In this document: in pieces, positions 1 to 13,529 of the stretch
How positions within the stretch are numbered: position 1 is the first letter of the stretch
Layout of the letters: every line of letters starts with the position of its first letter
DNA from: Antedon mediterranea
Taxonomy: Eukaryota; Animalia; Echinodermata
Assembly (NCBI RefSeq): GCF_964355755.1
Contig: NC_092677.1
Location: forward strand, 23,857,175 to 23,921,174
DNA length: 64,000 nucleotides
Direction of reading: 5' to 3'
Position numbers and translations under genes: made by a program
Notes under the pieces: generated by a model
The model's database searches: none
The model's input: only the letters and a program-made list of their open reading frames with translations
Told to the model about the DNA's origin: nothing

Positions 1-99
1 AGTTAGCAATCACAAGCGAATAAGCCATCGCTCGTGATTGGTCAATTCACTTGCGTTGCGTTACGTCCATGTGTTGCGTCGCTAGTGGGAACCACGCTT
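1..99. mobile_element. MITE family A, partial copy cut by the window edge
   Basis: Ends in CTAGTGGGAACCACGCTT and is near-identical to the right half of 41465-41651. Confidence 0.85.
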
Positions 100-1149
100 A
101 AGTGTTGAGTAGACTACCTAACGGGTAATCAAGAAATTTCGGTGGAGTACCTTACACAGGGTGTTGACAAATCACAAACGTATACTGACTCTTTTTGCCT
201 CGCGGGTATTTTTGGCTCTTGATGATTTCCCCTAAAACGCAATCATGGCATACAAAAGGCTTTCTCGAAAAAGGGCATTCTTTGTCGACCTAATGAAGCA
301 TGTAGAAACACACATGTAAGTTTTGTATCATAACATACCACTAACCTCATTACATTACATAAGCAACTATTTCCTTCTCATAGTTATATATACCGTAGTC
401 ATTTGATATATACATATTGAAACATGGAATTTGATTGTAGTGCTGTACCATTTTTGGTAATTAGGTTACGAGGAAATATTTGTATTTAATATCATTGTCT
501 TTATACTCGATATCTGAACATCCCCTCCTCCACGTCTTGTACTGCTTATGCCGAAATATTATAAATAAAGAATACATATAGATGTAGACTTAGGCCTGTC
601 ATTCCACTTAACGAATTTTTCGAAATTGATCACAAATGTTGAAATTGTTGTGTGAATTAAACGTAAATAAGTGAGGATAACATCTAAATGGACTTTCCGA
701 CGGCAGAGAGCAAAGGAAGTTTACGTTTTTGAGGTCTCCAAATTGACCACTTTGATGCATCAATTGGCCCGTATGTTGTCAACATGTGTTTGACATAAAC
801 AACTTTATACCAAAAGTCTCGCTTCAAAATGTTTAATTGATGGAGTGTAGACACGTTAGTAGAAATTGCTAACCATAAGCAATGTTGTATGTAAAAACAA
901 ATTAGCATGGTTATGTATGTTAGTCGTTGATTGATATAAAACACCGCGAGAAATGTTACCGTCTGTTAAACTAAACCAGGAAGTGTTTTGATGACCGCAC
1001 ATAGGCATAATAGACATACAATCAAACTTGATCACTGGATATTAAGACACAATTGTGATGTAATAAATATTGTGTTTTCATGTTTGTGTTGTACTTCGTT
1101 TCTCATCAGTAGCGTACCGGTATGTTATACCACAAAAATGTACTAATGA

Positions 1150-1340
1150 ATGTTTGAATGCGCGCGTACAAAAACTGAACCATTGTCATCAGTATTTAAA
1201 CGCGCGCGTACGAAAACCGACCCATTGTCATTAATGTTTAAACGCGCGCGTACGAAAGCCGAACCATTTTCATCAATGTTTTAACGCATGCGTATAGAAA
1301 TGAACCGTTTCAAATCGATGTTTAAACGCGCGCGTAATTG
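1150..1340 (+). repeat. Degenerate ~45-bp tandem repeat (about 4-5 copies) with an ACGCGCGCGTA core
   Basis: Unit approximately TTTAAACGCGCGCGTACGAAAACCGAACCATTGTCATCAATG. The same GTACGCGCGCGTAC core recurs at ~3110-3205. Confidence 0.7.
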
Positions 1341-4300
1341 TTCTTCTTCTTCATGTGATTACATCCGGTTAGACAATGAGTTTTATTTCAGGGAACGTGC
1401 ATGAAATAGGAGCATTTATGTTCATGCTTGCAGACCTTGACATTACTCCCGGATTTGTATGACTAATAAGCTCCTCGCAATAATAGGCCTACCCCTTAGT
1501 TTACTTGAAATGACCCTCTTGGCCCCAGTACCATAACATAGTGACGGGGATGCATAATGCTTTTTCTGTATTATGTGATTAAAACGCAAAGCTTTGTTAT
1601 GGATGGTATGGCCTATAGAAGCGAACCAATGCTTATAATACATGCAATTGAATCATTACAAAAACACGTATGTTTACAAATAATATTATAATGATAACGA
1701 TAACGAAATATTTGATTTAAACACGTATTTAGTATTACTGCACTTCATTATAACAATTTAAGTCCTTAAATAAATTTGTATTCTGGCCCATTTTTAGTTT
1801 GTTAAAACTTTGTTATTTATGTTGAAACGACGAAAAAAAGTAAGCTAAAACTTAAAAAGCAATTTGTCGTTATTTATTGACAGAGGGAGGGAGGTAAACA
1901 GCGCCGTCGGCAAACACGAGCGTTCTTTGAAACCACATTGAGAGATTCGCTGTTTTCAACGCGTTTCATATCTACTGTACTTTCAACGTAATGAGATATT
2001 AGTTATGATTTGTGCGAAGCTGTCAAATGTCGTTAGAGTGGCATATAGCCAGTGTAAAGACACATGCTTGTCGAAACCCTAGGCCTAAGTAGCAACGACA
2101 CGAACCTCGGGTCAAATGAACTTTCACGCGGCAACCGTTGACTGACGAGACTGCATGGAAGAAGAGATCTTACCTGCACAGGTGCGAGAAGCTTTGAAGG
2201 AGGTATGCATACGTTTCAATATTAAACAATCACTATTACTTATTTGTCATCTACAGTATTTATTACAAAAAACAATACAATAAACACTGCAACTTTACAA
2301 ACACAGCGTCCGAATAATATTAATTTGTTCTTATACTTTTTTAACTAATAACATGATTTAAGGTCACAACATTTCTTAGATAATTTGAATACTGTTAATT
2401 AAAGGTGTTTGTGTTTATGTTTTTAGAAGGGGATAGGAAGGAGGTTTTAATACTGTTTAAAAATAAGTGTAATTTTGTGTATGCCTATTGTATTATAGGC
2501 CATATCAACATTACGAATGCAAGTATGTTTAGGACTATACAAATTCGTAGGAGATTTTTTTAATGTAGTGTTTCCCTGAGATTGGTGAATATCACCAATG
2601 GCTTACTATTATAATTTAGCTTAGTTACAATCTAACAAATGATTACATTCAATTAAATTAATTTATTATTTCGTCAAGTTGCTCTTATCATCCAAGAACA
2701 ACAATATATCAAACGTGTCATCAATGTACTAATTAATATTTCATATTATAATATTATAGTTTATATTCAGCATAATTTAATTTTGTACATTTTCGTCAGT
2801 TTATTATACTTTTAACACCATAATAATGTTTGTGTTTATAGTAGACACTTTGTTTTAAGGTTTTTGTTTTCATAAGTACTAGTAATATTGTTTATATTAG
2901 TATTGCTAGTATCACAAAATAACCATTTTATTTTCGTTATTATAGCATTGTTAAATATTTATTTATCAACTCAAAGTTTGCTTAGGCCTAAATAATAATA
3001 ATACTATGATAATATAGGTGTTATAGTAAGGTCATGTTGCTACAATTTCTTATGAAAACATACCACCATACCAAAATACAGTACGTACACAAGCTGATAA
3101 TAGTAGTGTGTACGCGCGCGTACCAAACTTGATATTACCTTACCGTAATATTATGATGTACGCGCGCGTACACAAGCTGATATCTGTAATTTTGTGCATG
3201 CGCGTAAACTTTTACGTGTCTTTTATTTACCGGACACGTATAAGACTTCCAAACTATTGAATAAAATGTAATCAAAGTAATTTTGTTGAGTATCACTTAT
3301 AAGTTCGTTTGCGTATTTCAAGCTTACAACATAATTGTTAGTTAATTGTTTGAACTAACGATACTATATTATGTAATTTGTAAGCTCATAAATTATCGAG
3401 TGAATTCCATGATTTTGATATGTTTACCTACTTTTTTGTAGATCGGGGTGAGAAGTATTTCTGTTTTTATTTATTTAAGGGTTCGACATGCGACAATGTC
3501 CTTCATACGGGCTAGAGTGTATTGTTATAGGAACAATTGGCCGTCGACTGCAGAGCGGTGATTTTGTCTGTAGCCCATTTGATCTGTTGTTGCTCCTGAA
3601 TTTATACTTTTGTAATCGATTGTTGAGTTGTCACTTGACAATAGCAAATCGCCTGATCTATTATGTTAAGCACACAACGGTACTTTAGTTTGTTTGTTAT
3701 ATATATTGTTGTGCTAGAATAAGCAATTAAACGTATGTTTAATACAGTGCTAATTAGGTAAATGTTTAATAATAATCTTTGTATTGTAAACATAAAATTG
3801 GATTATAACAATTACAACTATTAGGAATAAGTTTATACAGTGCTAAACTGACTGTTGTGCTACTTGAACGAATATGCAACCAATATAAATATTCATATGC
3901 CATTGATGTCACCGTAATACAGAACAATGCATTACGTAATAATATTTTGATTTATAATATATCCGGTAGGCCTTGTATAGGTTAATTAATTTATAAAATT
4001 TAATTAATAATCCATACAAGGCCTAATGAAATATCGTACAGTGTCATGAGGCATACTATCATTGACTATATACCGACATAGAAATGAGCCTAAATACTTT
4101 ATTAAAGATTAATTTATCAAAAATTACAACTTTACTGTCACATAATGTGTAAAATATAAAATGTGATATTTGGCTCCTCGTCACAATCAATTAAAACATC
4201 CTTAACACAGTAATAATACAGAAAAAACACACATAAAAGACATAATAGAAAAGTTACATTATCATTTCATTATTTATTCGGTCTATTTCAGTACATACAT

Positions 4301-5296
4301 TACAAAAAAAATGAAATTGGAGGGACCAGGGTCAACCTAAATGAACTTAATCACAAGCTGAACCGGTTGACCCAACCCCAAAGTCAGTTTACACATAAAA
4401 GACATAACGACAAAATACAGTTAAAGCGAATCAAAATGAATGTGAACACTTCTAATGAGAAAAGGGTAAATAATGCTAAACATCACAATTAGGCCTATTA
4501 TTAGTTGATTGGGCCTACTGGTTTATTAATATTAACATGGCTATTAAAAATTGTTCATCATAAGTTATTCTTATACAACAGATATTATGGTTTATATTAA
4601 TAGACCTAACTAGTAAATTTATTTTCAAATTTTCAACAAACCAAAATTTAATTTGTCCGATTTATTTTTCCCGGATTTACAATTGTATTTCTTTATTAAT
4701 TTGTGAAATATAAATACTTAATTGATTATTGTATTGTTTTTCTTTTTATTTTTCTTCAAAACTACGCCTAGTAAATTGTAGATTATTTTTGCCCTCGTCA
4801 GATTTTGTTTACATCGCATATCCATTATCACCTTCGTTCATAGTATGAATAACTTTGTTATTGTAGCAAAACTTATATAGATTATTGTTTTTGCAATGTT
4901 ACGCCTCATGCAGATTGCTGATATTTTATTAATGATCAATTGTGAGTCGTTATTCAAGCTTAACAATCGTAATGTACTTGACTAATTTCAAGGGGTTTTC
5001 TTAATTTTGTCTTCAGTAATTTGCATTCTTTATTCATTATTTAGAAACCATAGATGAACATCCCTTAACTTCGGAATCATTAAATGTCTCTCCTGTAATT
5101 AATGTATAGATACGAATATATATTTATTTTTATTATTTATATAACAATCGAACTTCAAATCTTCAAATTATTCATATAATATTATATCGTTTCCCTGGAA
5201 TTTCTAATTAGGATCTAAACCGATAGAATATGACCAATCGTATTATGTATTATAAAATTGTATTATTTCCTTTTTATATATCGTCTTCAAATATTA

Positions 5297-5412
5297 CTTT
5301 CTTTAATGCCGGTCCGCCAGATAGTCTGATGACTTTCCCGCCTCGTCTGCTTTGCTTATATCTCAGATTGCTTTCCTCCAGTCCTATCTGTTTTCTGCTA
5401 TTCTCCGAATCG
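5297..5412 (-). mobile_element. RTE-clade LINE 3' end fragment (copy 1)
   Basis: About 90% identical to 26712-26837. Minus strand reads IRRIAENR*DWRKAI*DISKADEAGKSSDYLADRH*, an A.xR..WR C-terminal motif of RTE ORFs with two in-frame stops. Confidence 0.6.
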
Positions 5413-5632
5413 AATCAAATATTGATATCACATATTGTATTAAAATTGTTATTATTAGGTTCTATTGGTTAAATAAATGTTACCAAATAAAATAAATGTA
5501 TACAGTTTGATAAATCGAAGGACACTAATAGTTACACTGAATACTGACCTAAAATTCATCAAAAACACCAAACTTGAAACTAGAAAATAAAAGTAATTGC
5601 ACAGAACAAAAATGAATGGAAAGATCTTAGAT

Positions 5633-5744
5633 GAAGAAGTACCTGAACCTTTCGGTGACGAACTTCTAAAGCAAGGAAGCACACGAAGGAAGAAGTACCC
5701 GAACCTTTCGGTGACGAACTTCTAAAGCAAGGAAGCACACGAAG
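5633..5744 (+). repeat. 56-bp tandem duplication (2 copies), probably within a decayed LINE remnant
   Basis: GAAGAAGTACCYGAACCTTTCGGTGACGAACTTCTAAAGCAAGGAAGCACACGAAG at 5633-5688 and 5689-5744, one mismatch. Confidence 0.85.
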
Positions 5745-6054
5745 TAGTTTTGCATCAGAGTTAAATTTGGTCAAATATTTTGGAAATAATTCTGACGTAA
5801 TTGTACTAAATTGTTTATAATGACACATAATGATAACATTTTCCATTTAATAATAAAGGAAATATACACAGTAATGCAATACTACAAAGTTGTGAATTGC
5901 ATTATGAAATACGAAAGGTATACAATTAAGAAAGAGTTACAATATTGTATATTTGTCCAAGATGCGTTTAAAAATGAGATAAAAAAACAATGAAATGAAA
6001 AATAAATCTGTTTTAAATATCATAATACATTATTAACAGTATTTGTTTTCAAAT

Positions 6055-7861
6055 GTTAAGAATTAATTACGAACAATAATCTATAGTCGTAATTTATGTC
6101 CAAATGCTAAATACGATATCAACAATGTAATATTTTCACTGTTCTTTCACTGACTAAACATTCCTGATATTTACTATTTCGGACAATATCGAAGATGGTC
6201 TAGAGCATTCAATGAGCTGTCTGTGTCGTCACCAATATATCGATTTTCCGGAAAATCAATCAGCTTGGTCTGATGGTAGCTAATGTTATTGGAAAAAAAA
6301 AGCTTTGAAAATTGTGGAAGTTACATAACAAACGTTACAAAACAATCATTTTGCAAGTTATATCTGTATATGGTACAGTACAATATACAATGGTTTAAAT
6401 GTAACAGTGGAAAAAGACATGACATACAAATATGGAAAAGCATACTACTGTACTAAATAGTGATCATGCAAAATATATTACATTTAATTGAATACAATCC
6501 TTTTAATTAATATCGGCCTATTAGATTTTAAAAATCACTGAAATTTTCTCCTTTATTTATTGGCCACCAGAAAGTAAAAAGAACGAAATAACCTGGTTAG
6601 AATAGACCTAACGTGATTGTATGTGGATGAATAACTGTATCGCTTATACAATAGTAAATCGAAAAATTATTGACACAAGAATTCCACCAGAACATCAATA
6701 AACTGTACATTGTATAATATCGAGTGTGAAATGTTAGAGAGCTGCGCGATGGAAGAAACACATACAGTTTTATTTGGTTATTCGTTTGATAAATTATTAG
6801 GAATAACTAATTCCTTACGTACCTTAGTACCATTTTTGTTTGAAGTTGATATAATAACATTAGTTTTTATTAATTATCGTAATTGCAATGTCAGCGGTGA
6901 ATTACTTAAGTGTTTATCTAAAAGCGTTAAACATACCAACCTGCACTAATTAGCCACTTAAGTAATTATAACTACGGAACGTATATATCGGTATAACTTA
7001 CCGTATTGTATTCATTGCCTGCGATTCGTTGTCTCTGCCTACGTTGTCTCTGTTTAGCGAAGTGTGCGGCTCATAATGTTCCGTTAGCAGGTCCTTTCCG
7101 TATAGTATTCCATATTCAGGCCAGTGATGGAATTGTGGATAGATATACTGTACAATACAGAGGCAGAAAACCCCCAAATGATTTAATGAAACTTCAAACT
7201 CAATTCATTGCTATACCATTGCACAATTGAAACAGAATGGCAAAGAAAACAAATATATCATCCATTCTTAGATTTCATTCGATTTGACAATCAGTTAAAT
7301 TTCGAACGTTTACCTTAAATGTTTAAAGGGCATGTCATTACATTTTGTAATGATCGCTTTATAAATATATTAAACATTAAAAAAAAATTATATGAAACTG
7401 AAATAATTTTTTTAATGAGTAACGACATAAATTTTATTGTACTGTATTACATAAACGTATTGTTAAATATTTTATTTCATCTTACAAATTGACGTCATTT
7501 TATCAATTTGCTTTGTAAACTACTGCATTGAGTATAACGCTTACTGTGTTACACATTTTATTTATTATTTCGATAATAGCTTCAAGATAAAGGTAAGTTG
7601 TATGGTCATTAAAAGCAACGATTAATAAAATGGATGGCAATGACGAATGTATAGGCCTACAACCTCATTTGTTTGTTCTTCGCACTTGATCGAGAGCCGT
7701 ATAAAACCACACCAAGTGTTTTAATCTAAGAATGTTTAAATGGCACGTTAAGTAAGATAACAGGCTGCAATAATATTGAGTTGATGTCAAGTATGGTTAA
7801 GAATTAATTACGAACAATAATCTATAGTCGTAATTTATTTCCAAATGCTAAATAAGATATC
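6055..7861 (+). repeat. Pair of ~66-bp direct repeats (6055-6120 and 7796-7861), 1.74 kb apart
   Basis: GTTAAGAATTAATTACGAACAATAATCTATAGTCGTAATTTATKTCCAAATGCTAAATAMGATATC in both places, two mismatches. Confidence 0.85.
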
Positions 7862-9521
7862 CACAAACAATGTTTTCCTGTTTTTAATTCAGGAGGGTAA
7901 TTCAGCTTTTAAAAAAAATTGGGATTAAATCGTTATTAACGTCGAGTTCAATCAAAATGTGCACGGTAAAACGTTTATAATAATTGGTATTAGATTTGTA
8001 ATGGTTTTTTTTTAGTTTGTTCTCTGCAATAATAGCAACGGTCACATTTTCAGTATTTTTTAACGTAAGAATTTCAGCAATAAGTTATTAATAGTTTACA
8101 ATGTTTATGTACCTAGTTTTAATAACTTTTTTATAACTATTTATTAATTTCATAAACGAAAATAAACACAAAAGAAATAATATAAAAGTTATCCATAGTA
8201 GTTTTCATTGAATCACAAAGAATTCGTTTATTCATGAGAGCCGTCACCAAAAATAGAATCATTTAGCGAGAAATTGTGATAATATTAACCAGTTAAACAT
8301 TGTTTTATTAACATTACATACAGATACTGCAAATAAATGATTAATTTATATACTGTATAAAACTCACATACAGTGTAACAAAATGATTCGAAATATTAGC
8401 TACGAGTTATGTCTCATATTTTGTCTCTCCAGCTACTCTCAACAATAAATATACCTCTAAAGTATTTGAAAATATACAACTTATATTATAATTCACCGTA
8501 CAAACAAAATTGCAAATTTTAATAAATTATTTAATACACTGTCCAGAAATAAAAAAGAAAAACAAAACAAAATAAGACTAATTTTTAAATGGACACCGCC
8601 CATTCAGTTCACTGTATAATATCACTTGTTTTACAACAAGAGAAAGGTAAAATATCTTTATTATTAAATTTAATAACTCAATTTTTATTATTGATATACC
8701 ATATCATTGTGTTTTGATATAATGTTATTGTATACCTTTTAAAAGCTAATTACATCCCATTCTAACGAAATATTGTATTAATTCTTGTAGTAAATGCTTC
8801 TGAGTACGCATAAAATATTAGGCTACCACAGCACTATACCATGCTTAATTGTTGTAAAAACATTCTATAACAATGTTTTTCTAAATCGAATTTGGGATTA
8901 AAATGCATTACTGTTTTAACATCTACTGTTTTAAACCAGTCTATTCAAAATAAAAAATATGGTAGACCTAATTATAATAAAACAAAGCTTAGGCCTATTG
9001 CAATGTTGTTGTCCGCAATCAACGCTGAAATTCACCAAAAAATGAATATCCTAACAATAGTGTGTGATAGAGCAACACGAAGTCAATAACTTATCAAAAA
9101 TACGGGGTGCACTTGTGTGCTACCCCGTCGAATGCCTAATTAGGTCCATTCGTTTTTTCGGCGTAAACAATCTCCGAAGCGACCCCTTCGGTTCGCCTGA
9201 CATTCATCAGATTGCGTGACAACACATTGACTGTTTCGTGTTTCCAATCACAATTTCTTTTCTTTTTAAATGTAAAGAACCCACGGAAAATTAACAATTA
9301 CTATAAATTAGTACAATATTGCCCGTCAATATTTAGGTAATTTAATATCATTTTGATATTGAAATGTTTGTTACTAAACTAAAGACTAATACATTAGTAC
9401 ATTATTATGTCAGAAGTTAAAATAACCCACCGTTTTAAATCAAGAGCACTTTAACAAGTTGCAGCAATTTGCGTAACATCCGACTTAAGATTAGGATAAA
9501 GTTTTGAAAGTTATTGAAAAT

Positions 9522-10883
9522 TTAGTCGTAAGCCGAGGAATAAGGGCTAGATGTTGGATATACAGGCGTTGAATGCGTTGATCTATAGCTTGACGAAAGT
9601 TGACAACTTTGATTAGGTGCTGAGCCTAGTAAGCGAGAAGCATCGTACATACCTGGGTGATACGGTGTTGTAGGAGAGGTATTCCGTAGATCTGTTCCAT
9701 GGTACCAGTTTGATCGCAAACTCGAAGTACCGTTCGTGTGTGTCATAGCCGTCTGTCCATGAGGACTATGCCTTGGTATCACATCTTGTTGATGGTGCAG
9801 TTCTTCTGGTGTTGGTGCTATAGACATGTGTTTACCAACTGCTTCAGAGTGATACATATTTTGTGAAGAATTGTTCAGACTACATTGATAGTTCAGATGA
9901 TCACTTCCTTTTGTATAAGAATGTGTCGTGTACATAGTTTGATGTTGAGCATACGTTACTGGTTGTGAAGATGCCAGATGATCGGCTACTCTAGATTGTA
10001 AGCCCTGGTTAGGGTTTGTAGTACTCATATCACTTGCATTGTCTCTTTGTATGGTCATTAGATTTTCAACTGTAAAGTTTCCACCAGTTGGTGGTGAGGT
10101 TGTTTCAAGATTCACGTTTAGTGCACGCGCCGATTGAGGCGTATTGTCCGTCAACATACCCGTAGGAGAGTCTAAAGGTTCTATCTTCGGCGTAACATGC
10201 GTGATTGAAGAATTGCTACCAGAGTTGCTATGAATGCTAGGCGGGCTAGCAGCTACTGAATTTGAATTGTTCAGATTTTCTGAGCTACCCATAGAGTCTT
10301 TACACAACGTTTGCTGTTGAATTGGAATCATTGTATCTTGCACTCTCTGTCGATCTTCTTTATCTTTCAATGCATCCTTCTTCTTAAATCTTTTACGTCG
10401 TCGTAGATAGCTTCCATTGTCAAACATATTATAACTGTCAGGATCTAGGGTCCAGTAGCTGCCCTTGCCTGGCTTCTTATCGTCACGTGGAATTTTCACG
10501 AAACATTCGTTTAAAGATAAATTATGACGAATAGAGTTTTGCCAACCTTGTTTATTTTCCCTATAATATGGGAAACGGTCCATTATGAACTGGTAGATTC
10601 CATTCAAAGTAATCTTCTTGTCCTGAGCGTTTTGAATGGCCATAGCAATCAGAGCTATGTACGAGTAGGGTGGCTTCACCATGTCTCTTGGATTGTGGTT
10701 GTGGGTTGGATAAGGTCCATAAGGCCTAGCAATCATGTTGGTAGCATACTGTTCCGCTCCGTACATTGACATCATCCCAGGATAGCTTCGGTAGTAGTTT
10801 TGTTCCGGGAACATTGAATGAATCATACTCATGTTGCCCGTCATCCCTGAGTTAGGATGAGCCGAGGGAAACCCTGGCTGCAT
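9522..10883 (-). CDS. FoxC: Forkhead box protein C (FoxC), single coding exon, 453 aa
   Basis: Forkhead domain [104 protein letters not shown] (~10380-10685) has FoxC-type residues. N-terminus MQ... followed by EQNYYR...RPYGPY. EH1-like motif FTVENLM at 10056-10076; C-terminal CQL...YD. First in-frame ATG is at 10883; the ORF-track start at 10967 is a TTG. Confidence 0.96.
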   Translation of the reverse strand: MQPGFPSAHPNSGMTGNMSMIHSMFPEQNYYRSYPGMMSMYGAEQYATNMIARPYGPYPTHNHNPRDMVKPPYSYIALIAMAIQNAQDKKITLNGIYQFIMDRFPYYRENKQGWQNSIRHNLSLNECFVKIPRDDKKPGKGSYWTLDPDSYNMFDNGSYLRRRKRFKKKDALKDKEDRQRVQDTMIPIQQQTLCKDSMGSSENLNNSNSVAASPPSIHSNSGSNSSITHVTPKIEPLDSPTGMLTDNTPQSARALNVNLETTSPPTGGNFTVENLMTIQRDNASDMSTTNPNQGLQSRVADHLASSQPVTYAQHQTMYTTHSYTKGSDHLNYQCSLNNSSQNMYHSEAVGKHMSIAPTPEELHHQQDVIPRHSPHGQTAMTHTNGTSSLRSNWYHGTDLRNTSPTTPYHPGMYDASRLLGSAPNQSCQLSSSYRSTHSTPVYPTSSPYSSAYD

Positions 10884-11059
10884 AGCGAATTCAGCACACG
10901 AAGCAATTTTGACGGTTTGGTACAAAATAACTAAGAGGTGAAATCTGGAAAAATACACAAAAGTCAACTGGCTGTTATGATAGTAAAGTCAGTTTTCTTC
11001 ACTCAATTGGTGCATGTGTTTTCTAGTTAGACTCCAACGGTCTTCTCGGCCAAATAGTA

Positions 11060-11160
11060 CTCCTGAATCGTATAAATCCACTGACACCATTCTGGAGCTA
11101 CTTCATCATTTACCAATTAAACTCCGCCCACAAACTCTTCAGCCAATCATCGGAGTGGAA
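11060..11160 (-). promoter_or_regulatory. Putative FoxC core/proximal promoter
   Basis: About 190-270 bp upstream of the ATG: TATA-like TATAAAT/ATTTATA (11071-11077), CCAAT (11113-11117), GC box CTCCGCCCAC (11122-11131) and NF-Y-type AGCCAATCA (11141-11149). Confidence 0.55.
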
Positions 11161-12940
11161 CGGCGACCACACATCGCGAAGCCCACACATGGAAACCGTT
11201 GCATACTTTTACAATATGCACTTGTCACTTTTATTCGTATTGTGATCCTCAAATAAATTAATCGACAATTTTACTCGATTTCAGTGGTTCATTCATGGAC
11301 GCTGTATATTAGGACGCGTCGTGTCGTGTAGGCGTGGATAAATGATATTGTCAATTATCAACCTAATTTTACAATCCCTGTTTTTTTTTTGTGTCTTACT
11401 TAATAAACTAAAGTGCAATATACGATTTCTACATAAAATATTTAAATATGAAAAACTGTTTAAAAGCTACTGGTAACCCGTGTTTTCACTATTTATGTAA
11501 AATAACTAAAAATGAATATTCTCGATGGATTGTTCTTTTGATTAATTGAAAAGGTATGCAAATGGTACAGATCAGTGCTTTATCTAACACATGTACTTCT
11601 AGTAGCCGACTACTATTATAACATAATATTGATATTAAAATTAGTATCATCTTTGCACTATTATAACTAGTTAATTATTATTACAATGATCATTCTAACC
11701 TAATATTAATATTTTGTGAACCTTTCGGATCATTTACATTATTATTTTTGTTGACTTAATTGGTGTTTTTAAATATAAATAAAATAATATAGATAATAAT
11801 AATAATAATAATTATTATTATTATTCAGTGTATCTTTAATACAATAGACCAGCTTTATTAATGGAATACTTTTCTAAAAAAGGTGAACCATTTCGGCCAG
11901 GCTATCGTCTGATAAAACCAGGTGTTTGATATTAATGGGTGTGAGGTATTTTGTGGAAAGGTTAGAAGATACATAGCCCTCGAAATAGGTTTGACGATAA
12001 GCAAATGGTAAATAAAGTCATGGTTATTCGTCATTAGGCAGGCATAAAAACTTGACAACAGATCAATTACTTTAGTATAGATAATGATGTAGAAAAACCT
12101 GTGTTCACATTTTATTAAAAAAACTAGTATATAATCCCATTCCAATTCATATTTTTAGACGGTCTACTAACATGTATTTTTGTATGCTTTAAAAGAAAAC
12201 AACATCATTTACCGATGCAATAATGTATTAAGTTGACTTAGGCTGTGTACATATTCAGGCCAGAGGCCTGAGATATTATTCCCTGTGCTGAGGGAACAAA
12301 ACCGTAAACAGAGTAATATTACCTCATTGTTACCCCGGCATGTTATTAGAATATTCGCATAATAAAAAGAATACATTTAAACTGTACAGCGAACGATATT
12401 ATTAGTTATAGCATTATATTCTTATTATTAATCATAAAAATCGTCGGTTTATTTTATCATTGTTTTTGTTGCCGCATCCGTAATGTGATAACGAATTTAT
12501 GCACAATATTACGAAATTTGTAATATTACTTATAGAATATAATTCACATTTTATATTTTATTATCGGCATTATACTATTATAATTCTAGACACACTATTG
12601 TTAGAGTAATTGAGGAAGCCACGACATTGGTGGTGAATGTAAATAAATTGCGCCAAACCAAAAGAGTCTATCTGATTAATAACGGGAGTTAAACATCGCA
12701 AGGGGGCGCCAAACAGAAAAGTGTCAGACATAATTAAAACTGAATAAAGTATCGGAGAGCACCCCCATTGCAAGTAAACATAATAATGGCTATCATAATA
12801 ATTATAATACTTTCTTTGCTTTCATTGGTAAAAACGTTGGCTGCAGATTTTCGATTCTTCTCATCAATGAGTCCAGATCAATTATTGTTCATTTTGGTAT
12901 ACAAAATGTTGGGTTTTCCCCAGTGAAAACCCCAATTTAA

Positions 12941-13028
12941 GGGGACAATTTCGTTTCTATTGGTTAGCATCCCTTTAATAAGGGTAGCCTTACAGTAGAA
13001 ACCGTATTAAAATTCAACGAATGTCCCC
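12941..13028. mobile_element. Tiny TTAA-flanked non-autonomous DNA element (Kolobok-like)
   Basis: TTAA|GGGGACA...TGTCCCC|TTAA; the TIR is short, so support is limited. Confidence 0.45.
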
Positions 13029-13031
13029 TTA

Positions 13032-13212
13032 AAGCGTGGTTCCCACTAGCGACGCAACACAAGGACGTAACGCAACGCAAGTGAATTGACCAATCACAAG
13101 TGATGGCTTATTCGCTTGTGATTGCTAACTGTCTATAACTTCGCTTGTCATTGGTTAAAAAGCTTGCGTTGCGTTTACGTCCTTGCGTTACGTTCTAGTG
13201 GGAACCAAGCTT
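13032..13212. mobile_element. MITE family A, full-length (181 bp), palindromic, TA/TWA target (PIF/Harbinger-like by inference)
   Basis: TIRs AAGCGTGGTTCCCACTAG ... CTAGTGGGAACCAAGCTT, internal inverted ACGCAACGCAAG/CTTGCGTTGCGT, and copies elsewhere in the window. Confidence 0.9.
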
Positions 13213-13529
13213 TAATATAGGTTCTGCGTAGGTACAGTAATATGCATATTGTATTTATTTATACGTTATATCAAAATAGTATAATTTGTTGTATAATACT
13301 TAACTAGTTTAAAAAAAATGAATGGACTCTTCTGCCCAGGTTTCACTTTCATGTAATACAATAAGTAAATCTAGTGGACTTTTGGTCTTTGTTTCAGATT
13401 GACATAGCATGCAACAAGCACTTCTTGTCTCCGTACGCAGATTTGTTTTTAGTTGTTTTCTGGTACTCTTAAAAAAAAAAAATTCGGACCCGATTGAAAA
13501 TTCTGGGCTTCGGTTTCAGTTATTTGTGT

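Noticed and set aside
6055-7861. 66-bp direct repeats as LTRs of a retroelement
   Set aside because: No TG...CA termini, PBS, PPT, TSD or coding remnants are visible; kept only as a direct repeat.
10884-10967. 28-aa N-terminal extension of FoxC in the ORF track
   Set aside because: It starts at TTG; the ATG at 10883 gives the family-typical MQ start, so this is 5' UTR.
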